From Nymphon striatum (Eukaryota): a DNA stretch of 64,000 nucleotides. This document shows, in pieces, positions 35,426 to 49,500 of this stretch (the stretch's first letter is position 1; each line of letters begins with the position of its first letter). The stretch lies in the NCBI GenBank assembly GCA_016618385.1, contig JABFOP010000159.1:566555-630554 (forward strand), given 5' to 3'. A model generated the notes under the pieces. It was given only the letters and a program-made list of their open reading frames with translations. It was not told the DNA's origin and made no database searches. Made by a program: the position numbers and the translations under genes.

Positions 35426-36899
35426 TTTACCCATCCCAGAGTTACATCACAAACTTTCTTTCACTTCGATAGACAAAAGTCACTCAGTAATATTTTTCTC
35501 ACGCTTGTTCCGCGATTCCATTGGTTCATTACCTCGCGACATTGGTTTTGCTAGCATTTTCTATTCTTTAGAGATAATACTGCATGGTAATAAACCAATG
35601 GAATCACAGAATTTGACATTTTTCACACATATATAACATATATAGTCACCCCATCGCTTCTGGGCAATTTAGATCTTTTTTTGTCACCATAGACAGGCCA
35701 GTGGGCAACCTCGTCCTGCGCAACTGTCATAGTAGGCGTTGGGGCACCAGGACCACGCTTCTGTTTAAGCTTATGTATATTTTCCATGCTAGTGGATGGA
35801 CATCCTATCTTTTAAGTTCTGCATTTTTCTTTATCCCAGGTTTTGTTTTGCATGGTTTAACAACCCAACCGTACCTTAAAGGCTCATTCGGAGTCGTCTC
35901 CCATCTTCCTATTTTAACTATTAGAAGGGTTGGAGGAAGAAGATATTATCCATATGAAAGATTCAGATGAGGGGGAAAATGCTCTCTGGTGAGAAGATGG
36001 GTCATGCCGAACCATCTGAAGACAATTTACGTGGCGAGTGATTCCTTTGTGAGGCTGATGCTTCTGGTTCTTGATACCCAATACTTTCCAGGTCATTAGG
36101 GAGAGCTGTAGGGACCTGGTAACACAGTGACTGCATACGATATAGGGACTCATGTGACTGTTGGCGAATTCGGTCCCGGATATTATGAATCTGCTGAAGT
36201 TTATCACTTGCAGCTATTTTGATTTTACTGAGAGAGGTAAAATGACTAAGACCACATTTGGATTTTGAGATATTGACTGAGATATTGTGAAAAATACCTT
36301 TTTCGGTAATGGCGAACAACTTTTTAACATAGCTCATCATTTTGTACACACGTTTCCATTCTAAAAACAATGATTATAAGTTTATTTCCGGGGGATGGGT
36401 GTATGATATCCACCTTTCCGACTAAATAGCCAATTTAAAATTAAAAAACCATGATTTTGATGACCTTTTGACCTGTTGTGACGTCATAAATGATGTAATC
36501 GAATTCTGAATGGCATAAATTAAGCAGCGTTTAATACCTTTCTAATGATATCAAACATGACTACATAGACTACATATGTATACATTCAAATCGCGATTTT
36601 GTTTCCTCTACTCCCTATTATTTGCCAAGAATTTGTACTGAAGAGTTCAACAATAGTTCACCTGTCGCATCCATTTGGGATGAGTGAGTTACCAGAGAGC
36701 ACTCCTTCTGGATTTGTTGTCGATTACCATGAGGACACATATGAAAAAGGTGTCCGCTCTGCCCCCTTCGGTGAAAATTTGTCCCTAAACCACCTGATTA
36801 CCGGGAACTTCTAGTATAAAGCTTCACACCCATACTAATAATATTAGATTGGAAAAAGTAGTAAGACAGGTAGAATCCATATCTCCAAAACTGTTTATA

Positions 36900-37705
36900 C
36901 CTAACCTTGCGTAGAAAGTGTTTTTTAATAGTCTAAACTTGACCTTTAAAGGAATCCCAATAGATAGAGATATACTGACCCACCTCAAATTTGCAGGCGA
37001 TGTAGTCCTGCTGCAGGAGTCCCCTCAGGAGCTTCAACTTCTTATGATTGAAGAACTGAGAACTGCTAATAATACAGTAGGTTTGGAGGTTAATTTGAGT
37101 AAAACAGAGGCCATGTTTAACAGAAATGTAGTAACCCAACCCATTAGCACAGGGAATGCGACCTAAGACCAAGTAAATAGATATACTTATTTAGGACAGC
37201 TTATCTCAATAGATAAAGACTGGAAGCCTGAAGTGATACGAAGTATTACCGTAGGTTGGCAAACTTTCAATCTATACCTATCTGCATGAACCAGAAGGCA
37301 TACGAAAAGCGTATCCTACCTGTTCTCACGTAAGAGTCGGAGACCTGGGAAATTTCAGACATCTTGAGAAAATTAGAAAATGCTCAGCACAGCCTGAACA
37401 GAAAGATCTTAGGTGTCATCTAGGAATAGAAAGACCAATGGTTGGGTGAAGACGCACACAAGGTGTACATATTTAATCCAAACAGTTAAGAATAGCAAAT
37501 GGAATTGGGCTGGGCACTTGACCCGTAGAATAGACAATAGATGGACCACTAAAACTACAATTTGAATGGGATGCAGAATAGGGTGTAACCGAAGAGAAGG
37601 TGAGTGGAAGATATGCAAAGTTTGACTGGAAAGCTATATGGGAGGCCTTTGCTCATCAAATGGTGATGATGATGGTGATGGTGATGGTGATGGTGCTGGT
37701 GCTGG

Positions 37706-37742
<37 letters not shown>

Positions 37743-37800
37743 AACATATAATGCAACAACCTTGATACTATTTTACTGTTCAATAAATAAAAAAAAAATT
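36900..37800 (+). mobile_element. 5'-truncated LINE (family 2, RTE/CR1-like). RT C-terminal domains (RFADDVVLL-type: FAGDVVLLQESPQELQ; GLEVNLSKTEAMFNRN) and the C-terminal KWNWAGHLTRRIDNRWTTKT…GCRIGCNRREGEW region. Ends with a (GAT)n microsatellite 37650-37745 and a poly(A) ~37785-37800.
   Basis: ORF 36918-37166 plus downstream frames. Motifs typical of the LINE RT thumb/C-terminus. A microsatellite tail is common for RTE/CR1-type LINEs. Confidence 0.7.
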
Positions 37801-39089
37801 AAATTGACTGAGTTACACGTTCGGAAACACGCCACCGATAGAATTAATTTCAAATTTATATTTACATACCTGCTAACCTGTGTAAGGTCAAATCAGGAAC
37901 ACCTCATCATGTGCGCGAAACTATAATTTTAAATAGGGTCTTCTACTAGGGCTCTCCTGGTTCAATTCTAGACTTAGAATCAGTCAAAATTCATATTAAA
38001 TTATTTATTTCAATAAAACCCCAAAATGGCCAGAAATTGGAATTTTTTTTACTAGTAATTAAAATCCGAAACTGCTTCCCGAAAATCATGACAGATAGCA
38101 GCTCTATATTTACTTTTTCATTATAATTTCTCTCTGTTTTTTAAAAATATTTTTTATTTAAATTTTGAATTAAACTGAAAATCTGCAAACATTTGCATGC
38201 GAAATGAAATGAAAAGATTTTAAGGTCTCATTGGCACTAAAGTGGGTTCCATACGAAAGGCACTATGCTAGTCTATAAACTCACACTGAAATATCTACCC
38301 ACAACATATTTCCACTACAGCAAGTATATTATTTTGAACATATCACAGTAAATTTGCATTACTTCAATATATATTCTGAACAATATATATTCGAGCATAT
38401 CTAATGAATAAAAGTAATTTGGGAATTGAAGAAGAAAAGACTGCCAGAAGCAAGAAGCAACAGAAGTATGTATGATACGTGCCATGACGTCTTCAATGTA
38501 GGCGTTACTTACTACTTGATGAATGGTTGAACATAATCCACAAGCAGACGATAGACGATAACACTTCGAGTCAAATCTTTACTGAAAGAGGTGCAACGAT
38601 ACAGGTAAGAATTTTATTTTATTTACTTCGTAAATAAGTGCTAATTAATTTTTCTGGGTGGATTCATACATTCTGAAAATAATTACATAAGCATCTAAAC
38701 ATACCAAAGCTTGTGAGCAGATGACAAATATTTTCCAAATTTAAAAATCGAAATGAACATTTTAAAAATATATAAAAATTAACAGATACAATATATTTGT
38801 TTATCTACTCGTATATGTCAACAAATTTATATAAATGCATCTGTTAAAATATTAACTTAATAAAGAAAAAAAAAATTAAATAAAAATAAAAATACATCGT
38901 CAAGCTTGAAACCAATGTGAAAGAAACAAATAATATGTATGACCTTGAAGTCCCGGGTTCGAATCTATCGTTATTCACTTATTTTTTTAAATTTTCTTTT
39001 TTCACTCTTCATCATTAAAAGTTTTGAAAATAACTTTTTATGGTTTTGTGATTAGTGTGTAAATTATTACTTAAACAATAATTTGATTG

Positions 39090-39440
39090 TTCTATTGTTT
39101 ATGACTGCTTTAAACTATTTTATAAAAAAAACAACAAAACAAATGTGCTGACTGCAACGTGCTGACAACACCAGAAACAGTCAATATAGGCACCATCTAG
39201 CGAATTGGTAGATATTATCTATGGTAAGCCAATTAATTGATAAATGTGAAGAACAACAACCAACAACAACATATTGTTTATGACTGTATTAAAATGTTTT
39301 GTAAAAATAATAAAACAAACGTACTGACTGCACTTGTTCAACACCGGGCAACACGTAAACAGTCAATAGGCACGATCTAGCGAATTGGTAGATAATATCT
39401 ATGGTAAGCCAATTAATTGATAAACGTGAAGAACAACAAT
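39090..39440 (+). repeat. Local tandem/direct duplication of a ~180-bp unit (…gtttatgactg…ctagcgaattggtagata.tatctatggtaagccaattaattgataaa.gtgaagaacaaca).
   Basis: 39090-39250 and 39270-39440 are about 85% identical. Confidence 0.7.
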
Positions 39441-40539
39441 GAAAAATAAATGAAATGAAATGTCGGGCATTATTAATCACTCATAGAGCCCGGGTCTAAT
39501 GCTTTTTATAACATGACACGTGACTGGTTTTAAGCCAATGAAAAGTCAGGGATTAATCCACGAGGTATAATAATTATTATCATTATGTTTTCTTTTATTA
39601 GTATCACAAATATTGACATGGCATGTCTTACAAACAATATACAATTAAATCATAATATAGAATTATATTACAAGGTGTTCTGTAAAAACAAAGAAAAAAT
39701 TCACAAATATGAAAAATATTAAATGATTTATATATATATACTTAAATTAAATGATAGAGGAAAATGACATTAAAATAATTCTGGACTTCTTTAATAGTTT
39801 GCAAAAATTTGTTGCACTAATATGAGAAACAGGAAATTTAGTCACAAAATGAAATATAACTTGTTCTTCTGGTGAGGTAATTGGTGCAAGGTAAGATGTA
39901 TTCACCCGCTCACATGTGAATATAAAATGGACCCAAAGATCGCCTTTTCTTGGAAAATGCTTGCACATTGGGCAATTAACATAATTACGCTTTATATTAG
40001 TAATTATTATAATGGTATATTTAATACTAACTACATTGAGTTTGAAATTTGTGTCTCAGCACACTAATTTTAAAAATTAAATCAAGATAAAATAAAATAA
40101 CTCAATTGTTATCATGTAGTTGGCTTGAAAAAAACTTCATTAATTTCATTGTCTATTTTGTAAATTCTTCTGACCCACTGTCACATTTGTGACCTTTTCG
40201 GGAATTTGTTCTTGGCAATCGAAGAGGAAAAAAAAATTAAAGCTGAAAGACTAGAACTCGACGAGCTTATAGGTTTATTCGTCATATATGTATTTTTTTT
40301 ATTATTTTTTTTAGAACTGCAAAAGCGCTTCAGAATTTAATTATCTCTTATAACTTACATTAATTAATTAATTAATTGTAAAACGCATTTTAATCAGCAG
40401 GTTAAAATAAACCAAAGATTCAAATCCTGGTAAATCGATTCTTATTATTTTCTTTCTTTCTTCTTATGGATTAAATACGTCTATATATCAATTTTTATAT
40501 GAGACAAAATCTTAAAAATGGGGTACTAATCCGATGGTA

Positions 40540-40745
40540 GCGCTGTTACCCCACTGCGCCGTCCATGATTTGTTTTCCCATAGAGTTAACCTTATTGAGT
40601 TTTTATTTTCTTTTCTTTGAATCAGTCAGGATCAAAAATTCAAAGAAAAGAATCTAAAAACTCGATAAGGTTAACTCTATGGGAAAAAAAAAAAATATAT
40701 GGAAATAGTGGGGTAAAAGCGCCACCTGTGTCAATAGTTTCCGCC
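40540..40745. repeat. Long hairpin/palindrome (~200 bp). Perfect 45-bp arms (ccatagagttaaccttattgagtttttattttcttttctttgaat / attcaaagaaaagaatctaaaaactcgataaggttaactctatgg) around a 15-nt loop. The flanking ttaccccact… arms are imperfect.
   Basis: Read directly. Confidence 0.8.
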
Positions 40746-41749
40746 GATACCCCATTAGAATATTTAATTAGATCAAGTAATTGTGAGACTTATGTAATTC
40801 ACGAATCTATTTTAATTCATTTTCAAAACTCACTATCTATCGATTATGTGATAAACAGAATACCGAATTCGTCTAGTTGAAAGTGAGATGTATGAAACTA
40901 GCTAACATTTATTTAATTTCTGTAAAAAATATCGCTGATTTGCAAAAATATTATCAAATTTTTTTTAAAATTATTTTTTCCCCACCGAAAACGCAATGTT
41001 TATTTCAAGTATTACGTTTATCACGTGGTCCGATGACAGTCACCTAGTCTGTGTCGACCAATCATATTGCTCGACGGGAAGTTTGTGACGAAATATAGTC
41101 TAAATTGATATAAAAAAAACACGTTTTCGGAGGGAAAAAATTATTATAAAAAAATGTTGATAATATATTTGAAATCTGTGATACTTTTTACATATAATAA
41201 CTTCAAGTCTAAAAGTACACAAAAATCATCAAAGTGCCCCAAGTTGCCCAACGGCCGACAGGCTATGGAAGTGACCTGATCTGACCTGACCTGACCTGAC
41301 CTAAAAGTACCTTAGCCTCCCTTTAACGATTTATTGATCAGCACTGACATACATGGTGGAAACATGCTTGGGTTTACTATATACCCTTGAGTTTACTTTA
41401 TTGCTGGTTGTCGATGTTGATTTTAAGAGCAAATGATTTAAAACATACTTGAAATTTGGTTTCGTTGACACTTGAAATGGCCGGCATATTATATATACAA
41501 CGGCATAATATAAGTGTACACAACAACTTTTCAATTTCATACATATTTCTGTTTGAAACGTCTATGATCTCACCGATAGTGCTGAATAATTCCAAATAAT
41601 TTAGCGAATTGTTGCCTTCTATACTAGTTTTATTGGCTTTAACATTTCTTTAAGCAGACAGGCTGCTATACAATCGTTATGTATCTCCGGTTATATTTTG
41701 AACTGAGACCAAAATCTAGCCACACTTTACAAAAATAGTTTGTGTATGT

Positions 41750-42420
41750 GATATAGAGGATATGGAATGAGTGCTCGTTGCTTACGAGTTCCATCTCATA
41801 AGCAACGGGCACGAATTTTATATTCTGTTTATCGCACAACCGACAGTATAGCTTCGAAAACGACTTTATTAATTAAATTAGATTTTAAAATTGATTCATT
41901 TTGTGCCAGTCAAGCTAAAAAGAAGAATAAATTGTGAAGAGGGGGAGGGAGAGGGGGAAAAGTTTCAACAATTTAATGAAATTCAAGACAGAAGTGAGTC
42001 ATGTTTCATGTTTTCTGATAAAATCCAACGAAATAGCTATGAAGCAACCGAAGATAAGTGAAACTGGAGAAGCGAGGGGTAATCAGATTCGGCTTGTTTG
42101 TAATATAACAAAGGGAAAATAAATTCGTGGTAGGCAAGATTCAAAAAGCTCAGACTTCCTGTGTCTATAATCGGACACCAATATAGAACGTGTCTTTATA
42201 TGATATATATAGGGACGTGTCCTAATACAAGAAATATACAATCCCCAAATGCATGCAGTAAAGCCAAGGTTGTGTGATAAATAGAGGATATGGAATGAGT
42301 GCCCGTTGGATATGAGGTGTTGGCGAGTTTCATTAAGCTCATATCCAACTGGCACGAATTTCGTGTTGTGTTTATCACACAACCGATAGCTTTGAAAATT
42401 AATTTAAAATATATTCAATT
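41750..42420. repeat. Copies of dispersed repeat family B (…atagaggatatggaatgagtgc.cgtt…cgaatt.tat.ttctgtttatc(g/a)cacaaccga.ag…). Other copies or fragments lie at 45150-45260, 53500-53560, 54100-54380, 58250-58290, 63050-63110 and 63800-63930. Units contain an internal hairpin (cgttgcttacgag / ctcataagcaacg).
   Basis: Recurrent 60-300-bp matches seen by eye in both orientations. Confidence 0.6.
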
Positions 42421-42728
42421 TGATACATGTAAGTGTAAGGTATATATCAAAAAATGTTGTTTTAGCCATTTAGAAGTTGATTGAAGCCCCAGGGCAAAGC
42501 TTTCAAATTAAAAAATCTTTCCCTCTCAGCTGAACAAAATAATTTAATTACATCTGAAAATTGTCTAAATATGCACTATTTCCAGGAAAAAAAAAAGAAA
42601 AAAAAAAGAAAGAAGCTATTAGATTATTCCGTCAGCGGAGAAAAATTGTCGTTTATTTAAAGTATGATATTTTAAAGTTTATCGAACTTGTGATTAAAAT
42701 TAAAACTATGTTGGCGAGTATGTTGGAG

Positions 42729-42962
42729 AGTGAAGTGGGTTCTTTAACGTGTTGGCTCTCCTTTACACAGGACCTCCACTTAACGTCCTATCCGAGGAAC
42801 GGAGTATTTCCTCTCTAAAATGAGCCTGCATCTAATATCAGAGAGAAGAGCACGAGCATACACAACGTAAACGGAGAAAAAGTGGTGGGGTTCGAATCAG
42901 ATTCGAATCTGAGTCCTTCAGGCACAGAATAGCGATCTTAACCACTCAGCCACCGCGCTCTT
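42729..42962 (-). mobile_element. tRNA-derived SINE copy (lacks the poly(A) end). It abuts the TIR element at 42971.
   Basis: Head sequence GCGCGGTGGCTGAGTGGTTAAGATCGC…GATTCGAACCCC on the reverse complement. Confidence 0.7.
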
Positions 42963-42970
42963 ATACATCC

Positions 42971-44162
42971 CATATGGGTCATTCCATAGTAAAGGCAGCC
43001 AAAGTGTGATACAAATGTAATTAAAATAATTTCATCATTTCCCAAAATGACAGCAATAGTTAGAATGAGAAACTCATCCACTTCAAGGGAAAAAAGGAAT
43101 GGGGACAATCAAAGCCCCCGTTTTTCTAGTGTACGCACATTTATACCAGCATTTGCTGTAGGTTGTGGATGTAACAGGAACAGAAAGGACATCTCATTCT
43201 AACCAGAAAAAAGATATCATATCAGCCCAAAATGTGACTAGTGTGTAAGACTGGAACATACTAATTTGCATCGTTCAAACTCAAACTGCAAAGTTATGCC
43301 TGCACATATGTTCACAGGTTACAGTACATATATACTAGTAGTTTTGAACAATATCCAATGAGAATGCTTGGTGTGGGCGTAACTAAACATGCTAAAGTGG
43401 ACACCAAGTTGGTAATTGTCTAAATCGACCTGTCTTCGTGAGTGATAATCACAAAAATGAGTTCTGAGCATGCGCGGAATGCCGTAGCCCGTTGGCAATG
43501 TCGTAAAACCGATGAACAATGGTGTACTGTTGCGCAATTTTTATTCGTATGAATACGGACGTAACTCAAAATATTGGACACGACAAAAATCATTTTATTG
43601 AATTAGCTTTTTCTGCCAATTGCTTTTATTAATCGTTAACGGCATGCAAGGACTCTTCATGGGTTTTAAAATAAAACATTTTGGGCACAATGGAATCTTC
43701 TAGTGGGGATTTCTCACTTGGGATTTCCCCAGGTTATGGATGTAACTGGAGGGGACACGAATCGTTACGTCCACAACCCTCTTTTCGGATAGCAATTCTG
43801 AGATAATGTAATATCTAGGAGTACTAAAGTTGCTGTTTCCAGTTAGATTATAGACCTTTCTATCACTTCCAAAACGATTATTTACATTTTATGTTTGTAT
43901 AGTGTGTGCTATAGATGACAATAGCAGCATGACTCTCGCATGTCACAAAACTGCTTCATCTGGACCCTATTTTTGCAATGGACTTTATTTTTTTTCCTGT
44001 CCTATTTAAATCTGCCCTTAAACCTTGCCTGTGTTGTTAGTCAGTTGTATTATAAAGGCCATAGAAGAGAGAAATTGCCAACATTTATTTCCAGTAAAAC
44101 TTTAATGAAATACAAAGTGATCCTGGTCGATTGGCTGCATTTACTATGGAATGACCCATATG
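42971..44162. mobile_element. Non-autonomous DNA transposon (1192 bp). 30-bp TIRs CATATGGGTCATTCCATAGTAAA(G/T)GCAGCC and a 5-bp TSD CATCC (42966-70 / 44163-67).
   Basis: TIR and TSD read directly. Only short ORFs inside. Confidence 0.6.
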
Positions 44163-46566
44163 CATCCTATTCAATACTTTTAGTATTTGGGCAGACGATG
44201 TTTTGATAACGCGTCCTTCCGGTCGAGCACCAGCAAATCTGTCAGCAAGCTGGGAACGCACATCCGCCATAGCGCGGTTATCTTGCTTACTGTCGTGCCA
44301 TAACTGAAAGGATAATGTATAGATAATAAAATGCATGCATACAAAGCATCTTTAATTCCATTGGCTCATTACATACATGACAATGTGATTAGTATTTGGA
44401 AATTAAATCTTCTGATACGTAGTGAATTTCGGCTCACCCTGTACAACTTGTTTCGAATTTTTTCGAAGGGCCTAAATTGCTGTCTTTCTGGACTATGCAG
44501 CTTTCAGATTATACTTTTACTTAAAAAATTCACCCAAGCTTTAAACGTTGTTGACGTTTTATTCAGTAACCAAGCGATTTCGGCATATAACTTGGCCATC
44601 ATCAGGGTTAAACGACGATATGAATGGATCAATCAAATCTTTTAAACCATTGAAAAATATTGAAAAAGGAATGACTTACATTTAAATAATAACTATGGTA
44701 TATTAGAAACGCAGTAAGGAATAAATAAAAAAATATATATACAGAAAATATGTTTGTAAATTGTAAAGCGTGGATTTTGATTTTGGTCTCAGTTCAAAAT
44801 ATAACCAGAGATACATAACGTAGTATTTTAAAATAAGCTGCTAAACTTGGCATAAACTTCCGTCAAACACTGTCTTCAATACATGCCCTCAGTGAGTGTG
44901 ATTTTACATCAGCTTTTCTGCGTCATAAAGGAAAGTTAAAGCCGATAAAACTAGTAGAAGGCATATCTGTTGGAGACTTCTATCTTCTATGCTCTCACCA
45001 ATAATGCTGAAGAATTCGAAAAAGTATTCGGAATTATTCAGCGTTATTGGTGAGAGCATCATGCCCGTAGCCAGGATTTTTTATGGGGCGGGGGGGGTGC
45101 CTCTTTCGAATATAAGGACCGGTTTCAACATAAAAGTATACAGAAGATACGACGTGGCGAGTTTGGTATTATGTTTATCACATAATCAATAGATAGCTTT
45201 GAAAATTAATTAAAATTAATTAAAAATAGATTCAGTTTGCACAAATGTATGAAGAAAATTGTAAGGTTTTATCAAAGAGCCCCCGGCCAAATCATTAAAG
45301 ACATTTTCCGATCTGTCTCCTCTTTAAAATGCTCGTAAATAAATTAAACTGACACTATTGAAGCCCCCGGTCAAGCCATTAAAAGTGGAACCCGGTCAAA
45401 TCAAATGCAATAAAAACATCTGAGTAAAGTGGAAAGCCATTAAGAAAACCATGAAGAGTCATTTGTCATTGTTCAAGATTATTGTCACTTTAAATCGGTT
45501 ACCCATTAAAATCATCTCTCCCCGTTAAGAAGTTTATCGTTTTATAACACGTTTTTACACGTGTGTTTATACCATTTTTATGTCCACTGAGATCGGCAGA
45601 ATAACCGCCCTATTATGTGATAAACATTATTATTTGCAATGATGACAAAGTCTAGGGATAAAATTGCAACTGCAGCTCAACTGGGCAAGCAAGCTTACGA
45701 CAGGAAATTAAAATTGACCAGAAACACAACGATATTTATTTTTGAAATATTTTTTAAAAGCGCATATTCAAGTGTAATTTTTCAAAGTGGACCTTTGGCT
45801 GTTTGGGGGGGGCACCCTAAACCCCCCCCCCCTGAAATTTAAAAGTGTGTATGTGCACTGTGTAATATGCCAGCGATTGTAAACATTAATTACTCCTAAA
45901 ATCGAGAACCAGTCGCTAAGTAAAATGAATTGTGAACCACCGAATGGTTTCCACCGTGTATGCCAGTGCTTGTAAATACATTATTTAGAGCTAATTACGT
46001 TTCTTATCCGGCAGAACATCCGGCAGATCCGGCAAATCTATGTCAATATATTGATCCAGTAGGTAACGGGGAAGTTACAGAAGGGGCGCTATAGCATCAA
46101 CTGGTGGTATGATGATGAACAAGTACCAGAAGAGGTTTGCTATTATTTGGATTAGAATGGTGGAATCTCTTCAGACACTGAAGTTGGATCGTGTGTGTTC
46201 TCTTGATTCAAATCATTCAGATATAGGTGAATAGACTTAGTTGTTGGATTTAAACCGCAAAGAAAAGTATTGAGTAGGGATTTCAGGTCACGTGATTTAT
46301 CGTCTGACAAGCTATGATGGCTACATCTTCATCAATTTTACTCGTTTTTCAACAGATAATTTAATTATATCGAGTTGATTATATGCATACAAACTTTACT
46401 TTATGTAAGAATAATATCTTTTTATATCACATAATATGGGCGTTTTTACGGTTTAATAATAGTGAACGTGTGTAATATAAATAAAATTGAAAAAACAAGG
46501 TTATTCCTATGCAGAGAGTGTACTATAAATTTCTTTCTCTCTCTATAGAGAGAACGCTGATAGTAG

Positions 46567-49500
46567 GGGAGCTAGCCCAGTTTCATTTACACTTTTGGGA
46601 ACGAAAGGTTTGATGGCTTCATACTATGAAAGGTACTTTGGTAATGAAAAAAACCCATTTCTTAAGTTCTGCATTCCCGGCCTTAAGGAGGTGCAGGGTC
46701 CTAATCCCCCCAAAAACGGGACCCTCATTTACACTTTTAAGAACGACACTGAAATTTATGTGGATTACAGCCCTCATATCACTTGTTCCGAATTAGCAAC
46801 TTAAGAAAAAATATTTCCAGGCAAAATGCACTTAAGAAGGGCCTAAAAAGAGTCCCAAAACGGGTCTCAATTACACTTTTGGGCACAAAGCTGAAATTGA
46901 TGGTGAAGTATCCCCTCATATCACTTATCACAAATGTGTAACTTAAGAAAAGATAATTCATGGCATTCTAGCTTAAGAAGGCTCAAATTTACCAAAATGG
47001 GTCTGAAAGGGTCCAAATTGCATTATTGAGAACAACATTGAAATTCATGTGGGTTACGCTCCTCATATCACTTGTTCAAAATTAGCAACTTAAGAAAAAA
47101 TATTTCCAGGCAAAATGCACTTAAGAAGGGCCTAAAAAGGTCCCAAAAGGGGTCTCAATTACACTTTTGGGAACAAGGCTGAAATTGATGGTGAGGTATC
47201 CCCTCATATCACTTATCACAAATGTGTAACTTAAGAAAAGATAATTCATGGCATTCTAGCTTAAGAAGGCTCAAATTTACCAAAATGGGTCTGAAAGGGT
47301 CCAAATTGCGTTATTGAGAACAACACTGAAATTCACGTGGGTTAGCAACTTAAGAAAAAATATTTCTAGGGGAAAGGCACTTAAGAAGGGCCTAAAAAGG
47401 TCCCAAAAGGGGTCTCTATTACACTTTTGGGAACAAAACTGAAATTGATGGTGAAGTATCTCCTCATATCACTTACCACAACTATATAACTTAAGAAAGA
47501 ATAATTCGTGGCATTCTGGCTTAAGAAGAGTCCAAAAAGGGACCCATACTTTTGAGAACACTGAAATTCACAATGGTTAAACCCCTCAATTCTCTTGTCA
47601 CAAAAAAATCAAGAGATTATAGGGTTGATCACAACATTTAATGTGGAACGTTATTGTATAAGAGGTACATGAATGGTAGATGATAAATTTAATTGAGTTA
47701 TCCTGCACAGGCCTACTGATCATGGCAAATATCAAATAAAGTCGCTTTAGCCAAATTTATCAATGTTACTTTCAACGTCTTCAGTGTCTCAATTGGACTC
47801 AGGCCTCCTCAGCATCTTCATCCTCTAGACCAGTGCTATCTGGAACAACTAAGTCTGGCATCTGAAGGCATATAAACCGCGCTGTTTGATATGAGTTGTC
47901 TACAAGTTCCCATCCTTGTTTATGTTATTTTGGGATGTTGCTATTGCAGGCAGCATGCCATGTCATTGCAACAAAGTTGCTACGATGAATTTTTTGTAAG
48001 ACTACATTTTCACAGGGAGGGATGTTGCTTGCATCTGCACCTTTCAATCTCGCAAAAGGATTCTTACCCCTCTTCAGGCCATACGATTTCGCGAACACCT
48101 GGTATCTGTGCTTGTTTAGTGGCAATGTCTGTTTTGCCCCATACAGCTTTGAAGTATTCTTCTAACGCCTCACATGTGGCTCGATCAACTTCACCTGTTG
48201 CCAAAGCTGCAAAAGCATCAAGAAAAGAATAATTTTCCTCTGCAATTTTCAGGGGGCGTTTCTTCCCCTTCCTAATACAAAATGAGGCGTAATCCCAACC
48301 TGTGAACACATGTATTCCTGGAAGGGATTTACATAGGCGTAACCTTGGTTGCAATTTCAGATATGTTAATGTAGCGCCTGCTATCCTTACCAGAAGTGCC
48401 AACATCCATCCATATCTTAGTCTATACACCATGGGAATAGTGTATACGAATTATTGATATATCTGTATCTGTTGCTCTAACAACTATGTCACCTGGTTGC
48501 TGGCAGGTTGAGTTAGCCTAAAATGCATGCAGGAATATTCTTGTGTCAGCATCTGGATGGTTGCACTCTAAACGAGGAACTTCTGACACATCCACAACTC
48601 CATCGGCCCCTCCAAACAGATAACAGTTGGTGTCAACGCCAATGCAGACCTTTGCCACTCAGACTAGCAGAATGACATGGTTGACTCCAATCTTTTACCA
48701 GAAAGCGGGGAAATTGCTGCTTGAATGAAGTTGACTTCAATGCCTTCTCAAGACTTCATGGACGAATTTGGTCTAGACCAGTAATGCGATACACAGAATA
48801 TTCTATACCTCGGCGTTCGTGTTCATTGCTCTTTATTCTGGGTTCCTCATATGTGTCAAAGAGTATGTCAACACGTTTGGAGGGGTACGACAGGATTGCA
48901 TGTAGCACAGAAGGTGACAGTTTCCCATACGTTGGAAGCAGGCAATGCATGAGAAAGTTACCATCTATAATAGTACTCTTCACTTTCGTTGGCGAACCAT
49001 GTTCTGCTACCCTGCTCTCCAGGTATTTGAACAGATCACTCTTGGTTCCATGGCTCATGGTCACCATTGTGCCGTCTGTTCTGCTCAAGGTTAGAGGAAC
49101 AGGAGTCAAGGGCCCACCTCAGGTGTCTATCCTGAGCTTTAAATAGTGATGTACTCACTCAGGTCTATTTATGCCTGAGGTACAGGTCCTTGAATTCTCT
49201 ATGGTCTACCGAAAATTCATAAGTATAACTTTTCCACCTTGTTTCAATTCCGCCCTACATTTTCAGCCTACAATACTCACTATACAGTTTCATGTTGTAT
49301 TGATACGAGTGCAAGGATTGCAATCTTACCATTGGAAATGCCCTTCTTAAGCCAGAATGCCACGAATTATTCTTTCTTAAGTTATATATTTGTGATAAGT
49401 GATATGAGGGGATACTTCACCATGAATTTCAGCTTTGTTCCCAAAAGTGTAATTGAGACCCCTTTTGGGACCTTTTTAGGCCCTTCTTAAGTGCATTTTG

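Noticed and set aside
37600-37926. 108-aa ORF with a poly-Met run
   Set aside because: It is a translation of the (GAT)n microsatellite tail of the LINE. Not a gene.
38925-38960. GGGTTCGAATC T-loop-like motif suggesting a tRNA gene (and similar motifs inside the SINE copies)
   Set aside because: The flanks do not form an acceptor stem or T-arm (gtcccgggttcgaatctatcg does not close). All other occurrences are SINE B-box-like heads embedded in ~450-bp SINE bodies with poly(A), not free-standing ~73-nt tRNAs.
48721-49146. 141-aa plus-strand ORF in the centre of the foldback element
   Set aside because: It is antisense to the PIN-like nuclease segment, which has recognisable motifs. Likely a by-product of codon-biased sequence on the other strand.
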